From an uncultured Gammaproteobacteria bacterium (GTDB lineage: Bacteria; Patescibacteriota; Patescibacteriia; Patescibacteriales; UBA12465): a stretch of 64,000 bases of DNA. Under the pieces are notes generated by a model. The model was not told the origin of the DNA. It saw only the letters and a list, made by a program, of their open reading frames with translations, and searched no databases. The stretch covers positions 6,624-70,623 of the forward strand of contig CAZIJG010000002.1 of the NCBI GenBank assembly GCA_964539545.1, given 5' to 3'. The translations under genes were made by a program, and so were the position numbers. Of this stretch, positions 47,595-57,882 are shown in pieces (the first letter of the stretch is position 1; every line of letters starts with the position of its first letter).

Positions 47595-50549
47595 ATGCCC
47601 ATTAAACAATTAAAAACTAAACCTAAAAAACAGACTTGGCGACAGGGACATCCTACTCGATCCACAAAAAAGAAGTTTACTCATTATCCTAAAACTACAA
47701 AATCAAAAAGAATGACTAAAACACGAACTAAAGTTTCCGATTTTTGGCTTAAACAACTATTAATGAGTAAAAAACTTTGGAAAGCTATCGGCATCTTAGT
47801 AGTGTTGTTTTTTCTAGCTGGCTTAATTGCGTTTGCTTGGTTTTCTCGTGGATTACCTAATCCCAACCAATTAATAACCAGGGAAATCCCCCAAAGTACT
47901 AAAATTTATGACCGAACTGGAGAAAATATTCTTTATGAGATTCATGGCGAAGAAAAAAGAACTTTAGTTTCTTTAGAAAACATTCCAGACTATATAGAAC
48001 AAGCTACAATTTCAATTGAAGATAAACATTTTTATGAACATGGCGGCTTTAGTGTTTGGGCAATTATCCGAACTACCATTACTAATGTTTTATACAATCA
48101 AAGAGCTGGTGGTTCCACTCTCACTCAACAATTTGTTAAAAATTCTATCCTAACTTCAGAAAAAAGATACAGTAGAAAAATAAAAGAAATAATTTTAGCT
48201 AGTCGACTTGAACAAAAATTTAGCAAAAATGAAATTCTCCAAATGTACCTAAATGAAATTCCCTACGGCTCTAATGCCTACGGTATAGAAGCTGCTAGTA
48301 GAAAGTATTTTAGTAAAGGCGTAGAGGAAATTAATCTAGCTGAAGCAGCAGTGTTAGCCGCTCTCCCTCAAGCTCCTAGCCGCTATTCTCCCTATGGACC
48401 AAACCGTAAACTTCTTCTAGGAAGACAAGGCTATATTTTAGAAATCATGGAAAAACAAGGGTATATTACTAAAGAAGAGAGGGACCAAGCTTTAGAATAT
48501 GAAATTGAATTTAGTAAACCAGCTGACAATATTACTGCTCCTCATTTTGTAATGTATGTAAAAGGAATCCTATCTGAAAGGTACGGAGAAAAGACTATTG
48601 AGCAGGGTGGTTTAAAAATTTATACTACCTTAGATTTATACAAACAAGACATTGCTGAAGAGGTTATTAAAGAAAGGGCTGAGAGCAACGAGGAGAGCTG
48701 GCAAGCCTCAAATGCAGCCTTGGTATCCATCGACCCCAAAAACGGTCAGGTGTTAGCTATGGTGGGCTCTAAAGACTACTTCAACGATGAGATCGATGGT
48801 CAATTTAATGTAGCTATTAGTCCTCGGCAACCAGGCTCATCTCTTAAACCTTTAGTCTACGCTGCTTTATTTGAAAAAGGTTATAAACCAGAAACTATTC
48901 TATTTGATACTATAACTAATTTTTCTACCAACGACAGTGAGCCCTATGAACCTCATAATTATAACGATAATGAGCTAGGCCCTGTTTCCATCAAAAAAGC
49001 TTTAGCCGGATCTTTAAATATTCCAGCTGTAAAAGCTATCTATTTAGCTGGTATAGATAATGTTTTAAATCTAGCTGAAAATACTGGATACAGCACACTT
49101 GCTGATAGAAATCGTTTTGGCCTATCTTTAGTGCTAGGCGGAGCTGAAGTAAAATTATTAGAACATGTTAATTCTTATTCTGTGTTTGCTCGTGAAGGAA
49201 AAGTTCATCCTATAGCGGTTATTTTAAAGGTTGAAGATAGCAAAGGAATTGTCTTAGAAGAGTTTAAAGAAAAAGAAAAAACTGTTTTAAATGGAAATAT
49301 TGCTCGAATGATAAATAGCATTCTTTCAGATAATGAAGCTCGAGCTTATGCCTTTGGTGAAAATAATTGGTTAACTCTTTCTGATCGCCCAGTCGCTGCT
49401 AAAACCGGAACAACTAACGACTATCGAGATGCTTGGACTATTGGCTACACCCCTTCTCTAATTACTGGAGTTTGGGTAGGAAACAATGATAACTCTGAAA
49501 TGAAAAGAGGTGCCGCTGGTGGAGTTGTTGCTGCTCCAATTTGGAACGCTTATATGCAAAGAGTCTTAGGTGATACCCCGATAGAAACTTTTAATACTCC
49601 TGAAATAAAAGAAACTGGTAAAGACATGCTAGATGGAATTATAACTTTTGGTGAAAAAATTAAAATTGATAGAGCTTCTGGTTTTTTAGCTACTGAACAT
49701 ACTCCAAAAACTTTTATTGAAGAGGTTGAAGTAACAAATTTTCACTCCATCCTTCACTTTGTAAATAAAAACCACCCGCTAGGAGAAATTCCAAGTGATC
49801 CCTCTAAGGATTCTCAATATGAATTATGGGAAAAAGGTATCCAAGAGTGGTTAGTTAGAGAACAAGAAAAAGAAGTTGAGGAAGGAGAGGAAGATACTAG
49901 TATTAAAATTATTGAAGCGCCAACCGAATATGATAACTTACATATTTCTGACAACCTTCCAACCTTAACCATTGTTGAACCTAAAAATAATAAAGTTGTT
50001 ACTGGACCACTACAATCTTCTATAAAAACTTCTGCTCCTCGAGGAATTAATCGATTAGAATATTACGTTGATGGTACACTATTATTTGCAAACTACGGAT
50101 ATCCTTTTAATTTACATTACGATGTTAGTTTTCTAGATAATGGTTATCACAAGCTAACAGTTCGTTCTTGCGATGACATAGACAACTGCACATCAGAAAC
50201 TTTAAATTTTAATCTTAACCTCAATAGCAACCCTGTTAATAATATAAATTTAAAAATAAATTTAACTTTTCCCGCTAACGGGCTAGCCTTAAATTCTTTT
50301 GACTTTCCTTTAACTGCTCAAGTCAGTAACAACGCTCCTTCCCAGGTTAGTAAACTTGAAATTATTCTACAAAAAACCGATACCGAAACTTCCTATGTAA
50401 AAGGAGTAATAAATAATCCTAGTACAAAAATTTCTGAAATAATAATATCTGAATCCCCCGAGCCTGGACAATATAATTTATGGATTAAGGCTTATAAATG
50501 GAAAGGTGGTTCCGTTGAATCCCAAAAAAGTCTGATTATTGTTAACTAA
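47595..50549 (+). CDS. Class A penicillin-binding protein (PBP1A family) with C-terminal Ig-like domains
   Basis: EDKHFYEHGG, GGSTLTQQFVKN, RQPGSSLK, SLN, KTGT. Confidence 0.95.
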   Translation: MPIKQLKTKPKKQTWRQGHPTRSTKKKFTHYPKTTKSKRMTKTRTKVSDFWLKQLLMSKKLWKAIGILVVLFFLAGLIAFAWFSRGLPNPNQLITREIPQSTKIYDRTGENILYEIHGEEKRTLVSLENIPDYIEQATISIEDKHFYEHGGFSVWAIIRTTITNVLYNQRAGGSTLTQQFVKNSILTSEKRYSRKIKEIILASRLEQKFSKNEILQMYLNEIPYGSNAYGIEAASRKYFSKGVEEINLAEAAVLAALPQAPSRYSPYGPNRKLLLGRQGYILEIMEKQGYITKEERDQALEYEIEFSKPADNITAPHFVMYVKGILSERYGEKTIEQGGLKIYTTLDLYKQDIAEEVIKERAESNEESWQASNAALVSIDPKNGQVLAMVGSKDYFNDEIDGQFNVAISPRQPGSSLKPLVYAALFEKGYKPETILFDTITNFSTNDSEPYEPHNYNDNELGPVSIKKALAGSLNIPAVKAIYLAGIDNVLNLAENTGYSTLADRNRFGLSLVLGGAEVKLLEHVNSYSVFAREGKVHPIAVILKVEDSKGIVLEEFKEKEKTVLNGNIARMINSILSDNEARAYAFGENNWLTLSDRPVAAKTGTTNDYRDAWTIGYTPSLITGVWVGNNDNSEMKRGAAGGVVAAPIWNAYMQRVLGDTPIETFNTPEIKETGKDMLDGIITFGEKIKIDRASGFLATEHTPKTFIEEVEVTNFHSILHFVNKNHPLGEIPSDPSKDSQYELWEKGIQEWLVREQEKEVEEGEEDTSIKIIEAPTEYDNLHISDNLPTLTIVEPKNNKVVTGPLQSSIKTSAPRGINRLEYYVDGTLLFANYGYPFNLHYDVSFLDNGYHKLTVRSCDDIDNCTSETLNFNLNLNSNPVNNINLKINLTFPANGLALNSFDFPLTAQVSNNAPSQVSKLEIILQKTDTETSYVKGVINNPSTKISEIIISESPEPGQYNLWIKAYKWKGGSVESQKSLIIVN

Positions 50550-50563
50550 AGATTAACCAAAAT

Positions 50564-50592
50564 AAAAAAACGTTCCTCAGAAACGTTTTTTT
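50564..50592. terminator. Bidirectional intrinsic terminator
   Basis: AAAAAAACGTT..AACGTTTTTTT between convergent genes. Confidence 0.75.
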
Positions 50593-50605
50593 ATATACTA
50601 ACCTT

Positions 50606-51742
50606 TTATTGTCTTATTGGCATCACTATATAAAGATAAGACTCTTCCTTATCTCCCCGGACTAAACAAGGAGTATTATTATTAACTATTCTTAAGTTTA
50701 TTTTTTCAGTATTAATATTATTTAAACCATCTAATAGGTATCTAAAATTTAAGGTTATATCATTATCCTTACCTGAAATATCTCCAGTTAGATTAATAAC
50801 ACTTTCTCCGGTCTGTCCAGAAATAGAAGAAACTACTAATTCATTTTTCTTGATATCTACTAATAAATGGATGTCATTAATTCCGCTCTTAGAAAAAATT
50901 GCTGAGGCTTTAATGGCTCTAACAAATTCTTGTCTATTAACAATTACCTTTGTCTCACTTTTTTGAGGAATAATTTGTTTATAGTCTGGATACTGACCAC
51001 TAATTAATCTGGAAATAATTTCTGTAGAGTCAAAGGAGAACATAATTTGGTTCTCTGATAGATAAATTGTTATTTCTTTTTCCGTAGATCCTAAATCATC
51101 ATTTAGATTAGACACTGCCCGTAAAACTTCTTGAATTGTTCTAGCGGGAACAATTATTTTGTCCTCACTAAAGTCATCTGTCTTATTAAACTTATTTATC
51201 TTAGCTTGTTTCTCTGCCAACCGATAACTATCTGTAGCTACCAGTGTAAGGTGATTATTTTCAAATGAAAATAAAATGCCAGCTAGCTCTATTCGGGCTT
51301 CACTGCTAGAAACTGCAAATACAACTTGTGATAAAGCTTTCTTAAACTCATCTATAGAAACTGTTAAATAGTTATTTTTATTAATCGTCGGTAATAAAGG
51401 AAACTCCTTCGCTGATTCTCCTTTTATTTTCGTTTTATAATTACTACATTCTACAACCAGCTCTTCTTCTTTCTTCTCTATACTAACTTTTTCTGATGGC
51501 AATAGACTGATATAGTCATTTATAATTTTTGAATCTACCGTAAATTCTCCTTCTTTTTCAATCTTTCCTCTAACTGTGTGACTAATACCTATTTCTAGAT
51601 TAGTTGCTAGTAATTCTATGTTATTATCTTTAGCCTTTATTAAAATGTTATTTAATATAGGGAGATTTATATTTTTACTTGTTACATGACTAACTACAGA
51701 TATACCTTTTTTTAAATTGTCTTGTAGACTTATAAATTTCAT
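50606..51742 (-). CDS. dnaN: DNA polymerase III beta clamp
   Basis: ATNLEI, VATDSYRLA, YPDYKQIIP, IVMPIR. Confidence 0.97.
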   Translation of the reverse strand: MKFISLQDNLKKGISVVSHVTSKNINLPILNNILIKAKDNNIELLATNLEIGISHTVRGKIEKEGEFTVDSKIINDYISLLPSEKVSIEKKEEELVVECSNYKTKIKGESAKEFPLLPTINKNNYLTVSIDEFKKALSQVVFAVSSSEARIELAGILFSFENNHLTLVATDSYRLAEKQAKINKFNKTDDFSEDKIIVPARTIQEVLRAVSNLNDDLGSTEKEITIYLSENQIMFSFDSTEIISRLISGQYPDYKQIIPQKSETKVIVNRQEFVRAIKASAIFSKSGINDIHLLVDIKKNELVVSSISGQTGESVINLTGDISGKDNDITLNFRYLLDGLNNINTEKINLRIVNNNTPCLVRGDKEESYLYIVMPIRQ

Positions 51743-51987
51743 ATGCTTGTATTATATTATATATTTATATATATATTAAACTAGTAGTAATAATAAGGGG
51801 GTGGAAAACTTTTAAACTTTTAATAAATAGATTATAAGTAAAGGATAAAAATGTCTTTTAGCTTGTGGAAACGATTTGGGTAAATTGTTAAAGCAGTCTG
51901 GATGGTTTGTGAATAAGTCTGTTAACACCTTTTTTTATTCACAAGTTATACAACTGTGTCCAAAAATAATACACAGGTAGTTAACAT
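51743..51987. other. Replication origin oriC (unwinding region between dnaA and dnaN)
   Basis: DnaA-box-like 9-mers at 51800-08, 51864-72, 51908-16, 51935-43; TAG/TAA trios 51782-96; AT-rich tract 51750-80; strand composition shifts across this locus. Confidence 0.85.
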
Positions 51988-53376
51988 CTAAAAACCGTTA
52001 ATTCCAAACAATTGTTTAATAGAGTTTAACTCTTGTTTGGTCTTTTCGTTCTCGGTTAGCTCCTTAGCTATTTTATTAAAGGCATGCATAGCTGTAGTGT
52101 GGTCTCTTCCTCCTATTTCGTTACCGATGGTCGGATAAGAAGTATTTAATTCTTTTCTAATTAAATAGATGGCTATTTGTCTAGGACGAACTAGCTCTTT
52201 TTTACGGCCCTTACCTAATAAGTCTTTCATTGTTATATCATAGTATTTAATAACTGCACCAATAACATCTTTGGGTGTTAATGATCGACTTTGAATATTA
52301 GTAATTAAATCTGTTAGAACACTTTTTACACTATCTAGAGTTGGTTCAAACTTATTTAAATCATGATAGGCAATAATTCTATTTAAGGCGCCTTCTAACT
52401 CTCTAATATTATTATGAATATTAGAAGCAATATAATCTAGAACCTCTTCAGTTAATTGTAGATTTTTTTCTTTAGCTTTTCTGGCTAAAATGGCAATTTT
52501 AGTTTCAATATCTGGTTTACTAACATCAGCTACCATTCCAGACTCAAAACGAGAAATAAGACGTTTTTCTATAGCCGGTATAGCCTTTGGAGATCTATCA
52601 GAGGTTAAAACAATTTGTTTATTGCCTTGTTGTAATTCATTAAAGGTGTGAAAAAATTCTTCTTGAGTTCCATCTTTTCCTCCCATGAATTGAACATCAT
52701 CAATTAATAATAGGTCAACATTTCGATAAAGATTTTTAAACTCTTTGGCTCTACCACCTCGAACAGATTGGATATAGTTGTTGGTAAATTTTTCACTAGT
52801 AGTATAAAGAATTTTATTGGTTTTTTCTGAGGCAGCATTACCGATAGCCTGAAGAAGATGAGTTTTCCCTAGTCCAACTCCACCATAAATAAAAAAAGGA
52901 TTGTAAGTTTCTCCCAAATTTCTTACTACTGCTTGACAAGCAGCATAGGCGAGCTCGTTACTTTTACCAACGATAAAATTTTCAAAAGTATAACGTGAAT
53001 TTAAACCAAAACGATTAATATTAGAAGAGGGAGTAAATTTCTTTTCAATTGAGGCTTCTTTAACAGGGTTTCTAGAATCAGGTTTAGAAATTTTTTCTGT
53101 GATAACGACAGTTTCGTTGCCAGATTTCTTCAACTCTACTTTATAAATAATTTCTTCAAGTTTTTGACCAGTAATATTTTCTAGTCCTTTCCAAATCTTT
53201 TTATGATATTTGTTTTCTAACCATTTTTTTACAAATCCATTTGGTACACAAATAATAGCCCTCTTTCCTTCTAGAGAGGAAAGGAAGGTTCCTTTGAACC
53301 AAGTAATAAAATTAGCCCTAGAAAGACTAATCTCTATTTCGCCGAGGACGGCTTGCCAAACTCTGTCGTTATCCAT
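51988..53376 (-). CDS. dnaA: Chromosomal replication initiator
   Basis: YNPFFIYGGVGLGKTHL, LLIDDVQF, NIRELEGAL, GGRDHTT. Confidence 0.98.
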   Translation of the reverse strand: MDNDRVWQAVLGEIEISLSRANFITWFKGTFLSSLEGKRAIICVPNGFVKKWLENKYHKKIWKGLENITGQKLEEIIYKVELKKSGNETVVITEKISKPDSRNPVKEASIEKKFTPSSNINRFGLNSRYTFENFIVGKSNELAYAACQAVVRNLGETYNPFFIYGGVGLGKTHLLQAIGNAASEKTNKILYTTSEKFTNNYIQSVRGGRAKEFKNLYRNVDLLLIDDVQFMGGKDGTQEEFFHTFNELQQGNKQIVLTSDRSPKAIPAIEKRLISRFESGMVADVSKPDIETKIAILARKAKEKNLQLTEEVLDYIASNIHNNIRELEGALNRIIAYHDLNKFEPTLDSVKSVLTDLITNIQSRSLTPKDVIGAVIKYYDITMKDLLGKGRKKELVRPRQIAIYLIRKELNTSYPTIGNEIGGRDHTTAMHAFNKIAKELTENEKTKQELNSIKQLFGINGF

Positions 53377-53566
53377 AAAGTTATATTTTAAATCTAGAAG
53401 TTATTATATTAAAATTTGCACAATAACTCAACACAAGGGTTGTTTATAATATGTTAATAGTAAGTTGATAACTTTGCAAATTCTGGTTGACCTTTTCAAA
53501 TAAAGGTGCTATCTTGTACGTAGCTACCTGAGAAGGAGTTTATTTTTTATCTAAAAATTCAACGAT

Positions 53567-53704
53567 ATGCCTAAAAGAACCTATCAACCTAGTAAACGAC
53601 GTGCTAGTAGAAAACACGGTTTTATAAAGAGAATGCTTACCAGTAGTGGTAGATCTATTTTAAAAAGAAGAAGAGCAAAGGGCAGAAAAGTTTTATCTAA
53701 ATAA
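53567..53704 (+). CDS. rpmH: 50S ribosomal protein L34
   Basis: Manual translation [31 protein letters not shown]. Confidence 0.96.
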   Translation: MPKRTYQPSKRRASRKHGFIKRMLTSSGRSILKRRRAKGRKVLSK

Positions 53705-53721
53705 AATTTTTCTTTTTTCTT

Positions 53722-54066
53722 ATGTTAAAAAAACAAAATTTAATTAGAAAGCAAAAAGAATTTGAACAAGTTTTTGAAAAAGGAAAATATGTTCGAGACA
53801 AAGAGCTGGTTTTAAAAGTTTGTAAAAACAATTTGGAGTCTAGCAGAATAGGAGTTGTGGTTAGTTCAAAAGTAAGTAAAAGAGCAGTTTTTAGAAATAA
53901 ACTAAGAAGACAATTAAAAGCGGTATTTTTAAAGGAACAAAAAAATATAGTTTTGGGTTATGATTTAGTAGTTATATCTCTTAATAAGAACAAAGACTAC
54001 ACCTATCAAGAAATAGAGAGTTCTTTTTTAAAGCTTTTAAAAAAATTAAAACTTTATGTTAATTAA
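53722..54066 (+). CDS. rnpA: RNase P protein component
   Basis: [22 protein letters not shown]; synteny. Confidence 0.95.
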   Translation: MLKKQNLIRKQKEFEQVFEKGKYVRDKELVLKVCKNNLESSRIGVVVSSKVSKRAVFRNKLRRQLKAVFLKEQKNIVLGYDLVVISLNKNKDYTYQEIESSFLKLLKKLKLYVN

Positions 54067-54307
54067 ATTATATATAAAAAAACTTGTTATTTCTTTAATT
54101 AAGATATATCAAAAAACTCTTTCATTTGATCATGGTATATTGAAAGGGTTTTATCCTCATGGGTATTGCCGGTTTCATCCTTCTTGTTCAGAATATGCAG
54201 TAAGAGCTATAGATAAGTATGGCGTTCTAAAGGGAGGAATTAAGGCTATTAGGCGTATCTGGCGTTGTAACCCTTGGAATAAAGGGGGTTGGGACCCAGT
54301 AGAATAA
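54056..54307 (+). CDS. yidD: Membrane protein insertion efficiency factor
   Basis: [22 protein letters not shown]. Confidence 0.95.
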   Translation: MLIKLYIKKLVISLIKIYQKTLSFDHGILKGFYPHGYCRFHPSCSEYAVRAIDKYGVLKGGIKAIRRIWRCNPWNKGGWDPVE

Positions 54308-54325
54308 TAAATTAATTTTAATGTT

Positions 54326-55066
54326 ATGGTTCATTTGTTCCAAGTTATTTTTTATCAACCAATTCTAAACCTTTTGATTTTTCTCTATAACGTTGTTCCG
54401 GGGGAAAGTTTAGGAGTGGCGATTATTCTTTCAACTCTAGTTATTAAATTAGTGTTGTTGCCGTTGTCTCATAAGTCTATTAAAGCTCAAAAAGCTTTAC
54501 AAGATTTACAGCCGAAAGTAGATGAAGTAAAGAGTAAGTATAAAGACAATAAAGAACAAATGGGTAAAGCCATGATGGCTCTATATAAGGAAGAAAAAAT
54601 TAATCCTTTTTCTTCTTGTTTTCCTCTTCTAATCCAGCTGCCTTTTTTGTGGGCCGTGTTTAGAGTTTTTAGAGATGGTATTGAATCTAATCTACATCTT
54701 ATTTATTCGTTTATTGCTACTCCAGAAAGTATTCATAATATGTGGTTTGGTATTAATTTATCTGAGCCTAATATATATTTAGCAATTTTGGCTGGCGCTG
54801 CTCAATTTTGGCAAGCTAAAATGATGGTAGCTAAAAGACCAGCTACTCAAAATAACGGAGGAAAAGGTGACAGCATGACAGCAATTATGAATAAACAGAT
54901 GGTTTATTTTATGCCAATGATTACAGTGTTTATTGGTTTAACATTGCCAGGTGGATTAACATTATATTGGTTTGTGGTTACTTTGTTTACTGCCCTACAA
55001 CAGATTTTAGTATTTAAACAAACTAAGAAAGCAAAAGAAGCTCCAGTGGTTATTGAACAAAAATAA
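54326..55066 (+). CDS. yidC: Membrane protein insertase
   Basis: LQPK, MMALYKEEKINPFSSCFPLLIQLP, LYW. Confidence 0.95.
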   Translation: MVHLFQVIFYQPILNLLIFLYNVVPGESLGVAIILSTLVIKLVLLPLSHKSIKAQKALQDLQPKVDEVKSKYKDNKEQMGKAMMALYKEEKINPFSSCFPLLIQLPFLWAVFRVFRDGIESNLHLIYSFIATPESIHNMWFGINLSEPNIYLAILAGAAQFWQAKMMVAKRPATQNNGGKGDSMTAIMNKQMVYFMPMITVFIGLTLPGGLTLYWFVVTLFTALQQILVFKQTKKAKEAPVVIEQK

Positions 55067-55077
55067 AATTTTTAATA

Positions 55078-55109
55078 AAAAAACTAAAGCAATAATGCTT
55101 TAGTTTTTT
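55078..55109. terminator. Bidirectional intrinsic terminator
   Basis: AAAAAACTAAAGCA-ataa-TGCTTTAGTTTTTT. Confidence 0.85.
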
Positions 55110-55120
55110 GTTTGTCTAAT

Positions 55121-55861
55121 TTATATAAATACTCTATTTTTTCCCACTATTAAATTAATCTGTTTATCAGAGACGCTTAATTTAGCTGGTAAAGGAAGAT
55201 TAATAGTGTTATCTAGATTTAAATATCCCCCAGATTTATTACTTACTGCAACCGTATTAGCCGTGAAGAAACTGGAACTATTTCTGTCCTGGATATAAAC
55301 GTGCAGATTACTATTTTTAGGGTTAACAGAGGGCATCTGAGTGGCTAATTCAACTGACGGCATGTTAATTATATAACTACCACCTTTTTCTAAGGGTTTA
55401 ACGGTAAAGTCTTCTCCTATTTTTATTTCAGTGTTAGCGTTGTTTATGTAGGCTTGAGAAATAAAGAAATGTTTATTAGCTTGAGCAACGTTAATCTTTT
55501 CATTACGTCTCGCTAATAAAATGTTACAAGCTTCTTGATAATTATTAATTCCTAAGCTTTTTCCTATTAAACTTGGTTCTACAGGAATGAAAGCTAGGAG
55601 GAGATTTTTAAAAAAGAAGCTTATTTCATCACATAACAAAACATTAAGAAGTTTGTTAAATGTAGCATCATTACCTACAGCTACAATTGTTTTTGCTCCT
55701 CTTTTAACCTCACCATGAATCACTCCTTTGAAGTTTTTTATATTGCTAAGACGGACTATTTTTCCACTTAAACCTAGGTCTGTTAGGCGTGTTTCAATTC
55801 GGTTTACAGTTTTAGTATATTTGCCTTTAGTCAAAAAGTCGTCATAAATATAAACATGCAT
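55121..55861 (-). CDS. Diacylglycerol kinase catalytic-domain-like protein
   Basis: TIVAVGNDATF (degenerate GGDGT), LAFIP. Confidence 0.7.
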   Translation of the reverse strand: MHVYIYDDFLTKGKYTKTVNRIETRLTDLGLSGKIVRLSNIKNFKGVIHGEVKRGAKTIVAVGNDATFNKLLNVLLCDEISFFFKNLLLAFIPVEPSLIGKSLGINNYQEACNILLARRNEKINVAQANKHFFISQAYINNANTEIKIGEDFTVKPLEKGGSYIINMPSVELATQMPSVNPKNSNLHVYIQDRNSSSFFTANTVAVSNKSGGYLNLDNTINLPLPAKLSVSDKQINLIVGKNRVFI

Positions 55862-55869
55862 AACAGGTT

Positions 55870-56274
55870 TTATTTATTGGTTTTTAGAGGCTTAGTGAGA
55901 ACTTCTTCTTTTGTTGATAATTCGTCTTGCATTAAACAATGACCATTAATATAGGCTCCTTTAGCTACTGAAATTTCTGAACAGATGATATCGCCTACTA
56001 TTTTAGCGGTTTTACCTAAAGACAAGGATTTTTGTACTTTTATATTGCCTTTTACTTCTCCGCTGATAATGGCTTCTTTAGCTTCTATATTGGCAGAGAC
56101 CCTAGCCTTCTCTCCAACTAGTAAGCTGGCGTTTGTTTTTAGAGATCCTTCTAAAACGCCTTCTACCACGATATTACCTTTACCATGGAAGTTTCCTTTT
56201 ACTTTAATAGAGGGTCCGATAACGGTCTCTACATCTTTTAATTTTTCTTGAGACATATCTTTGTTGCCAAACAT
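55870..56274 (-). CDS. Bactofilin
   Basis: ETVIGPSIKVKGN..VEGVLEG..ISGEVKGNI..GAYINGHC. Confidence 0.92.
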   Translation of the reverse strand: MFGNKDMSQEKLKDVETVIGPSIKVKGNFHGKGNIVVEGVLEGSLKTNASLLVGEKARVSANIEAKEAIISGEVKGNIKVQKSLSLGKTAKIVGDIICSEISVAKGAYINGHCLMQDELSTKEEVLTKPLKTNK

Positions 56275-56394
56275 ATTTGTTTTTATTTTATAAAAATTTA
56301 TTATCTATCTATAATCTTAAAGGACGCGGGGTCTTTTGTCAAAGTAAAATATTGCCAAAAAAAAATAATTGAGTTATCATAAAATCACCTTTTT

Positions 56395-56466
56395 GCTCTC
56401 ATAGTTTAATGGATAAAACAAGAACCTCCTAAGTTCTAGATCCAGGTTCGATTCCTGGTGAGAGCA
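56395..56466 (+). tRNA. tRNA-Arg(CCT)
   Basis: GCTCTCA/TGAGAGC acceptor, AGAAC-CTCCTAA-GTTCT anticodon arm. Confidence 0.96.
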
Positions 56467-56533
56467 CAAGAACAAGATAAAATAATTATGAAGAAAGAAT
56501 AAAGAAAAAATAAAGTTTTTAGCTAATACTAGC

Positions 56534-56562
56534 GATAAGTCCAAGGTAGCCTGGACTAAAGT
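56534..56562. repeat. REP-like palindrome type 1 (inverted copies 57679-57707 and 57711-57736)
   Basis: GATAAGTCCAAGGTAGCCTGGACTAAAGT and its reverse complement. Confidence 0.85.
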
Positions 56563-56659
56563 ATTTTAGATTTATTTTATCTCTTGACAGTTTAATAAGA
56601 TAATGGTTATAGTTTTTGTCTATTGACTAGACAGAAAAACTTATTTAGAATATAGTCAT

Positions 56660-56679
56660 AATGTTCCTCGAGGAACATT
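56660..56679. repeat. Palindrome type 2 (second copy 57660-57676)
   Basis: TGTTCCTCGAGGAACA occurs twice. Confidence 0.8.
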
Positions 56680-56699
56680 CTTGGTTTCTATGACAATAA

Positions 56700-56773
56700 G
56701 GGCCCATAGCTCAGTTGGTTAGAGCGCTTGCATGGCATGCAAGAGGTCGCAAGTTCGAATCTTGTTGGGTCCA
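56700..56773 (+). tRNA. tRNA-Ala(GGC)
   Basis: GGGCCCA/TGGGTCC acceptor with G3:U70, CTTGC-ATGGCAT-GCAAG anticodon arm. Confidence 0.96.
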
Positions 56774-56859
56774 CAAATAAATGTTAGAAGTAATTTTAAA
56801 TCGTCATTTCCGACGATTTTTGTTATAATTGGATTAGAGGTTAATTATATAAAAATTGT

Positions 56860-57597
56860 ATGAATGAAAGAATATCTCAAATTGAGAATAAACTAAAGGA
56901 AGATGATTGGTATAGAGTTGCTTTTTTAGGAGATTCTATTACGTCCACAGAATGGGTATATCCAAACTGGAGAGGGATAATGGAGGTTGTGTTAAAAGAG
57001 CAGCTAGGAGAAGTTGCGGGAGAGTGGAGCGCTCCGTGGTGGAAGGTTAGGTGTTACAATGCAGGATTTAATGGGATAACAACAAAAAAGATAATTGACT
57101 ACGTGGATGAAGAGCTCGCTAACTATAAACCTAATTTGGTTATTTTTGTAGATACATATAATGATAAATACCATAAGATTATGCCGGCTGCACATAAAAA
57201 GAACTTAGCAGTGATTTTTGATAAACTAACTAGAATTTCTAAAGATATAGTATTTGCCTCATCAATCAGTAGACTTAAAGAGGCTGCAAATATCGAAAAT
57301 AAGGCCTACAGAGAGGCATCAGAGGAGGTTATTAAGGAATATGAGGGGAAAGTACAGTTTATTGATATGTCTTCTCAATATGCGGAATTTGATCTAAGAA
57401 AGCTTTTTACGTTTATTTCGGAAGATGGAAATAAAGACGCAGGGATCAAGCCAGGCGAAGTTGACTTCAGTCATCCAAATCAATTAGGCAATGCTTATAT
57501 TGCAAAAATTATGTTAAAAGAAATTTTTGATATAGACTTTGATCCAGAGTTATTTATAAAAGAAACCCTAGAAGGTAAGAAATACCCATCATATTAG
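56860..57597 (+). CDS. SGNH/GDSL hydrolase
   Basis: FLGDSIT, NAGFNG, YND, DFSHPN. Confidence 0.9.
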   Translation: MNERISQIENKLKEDDWYRVAFLGDSITSTEWVYPNWRGIMEVVLKEQLGEVAGEWSAPWWKVRCYNAGFNGITTKKIIDYVDEELANYKPNLVIFVDTYNDKYHKIMPAAHKKNLAVIFDKLTRISKDIVFASSISRLKEAANIENKAYREASEEVIKEYEGKVQFIDMSSQYAEFDLRKLFTFISEDGNKDAGIKPGEVDFSHPNQLGNAYIAKIMLKEIFDIDFDPELFIKETLEGKKYPSY

Positions 57598-57882
57598 ATT
57601 TTTATTTTCTATTAGAGGTGGAAGAGAAAATTATTATATAAAATTTATGTTTTCTAGAGTGTTCCTCGAGGAACATCGACTTTAGTCCAGGCTACCTTGG
57701 ACTTATCAACACTTTAGTCCAGGCTACCTTGGACTTTTCTTTTTTTGAACCAATATTAGCTAATTTGACAACTCTGTCAAGTTGTGGAAAACTTATTGAT
57801 AACTTCTTGTTTTTATGTTAATCTTGCCTTTTTAGTTTAAATGCATTACAATAACCTTACTTAAAATTAATTCTTAAAATAT

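Noticed and set aside
57679-57736. Tandem 26-nt repeat as a mini-CRISPR
   Set aside because: Only 6 nt between copies, no spacers, no cas genes; REP-like instead.
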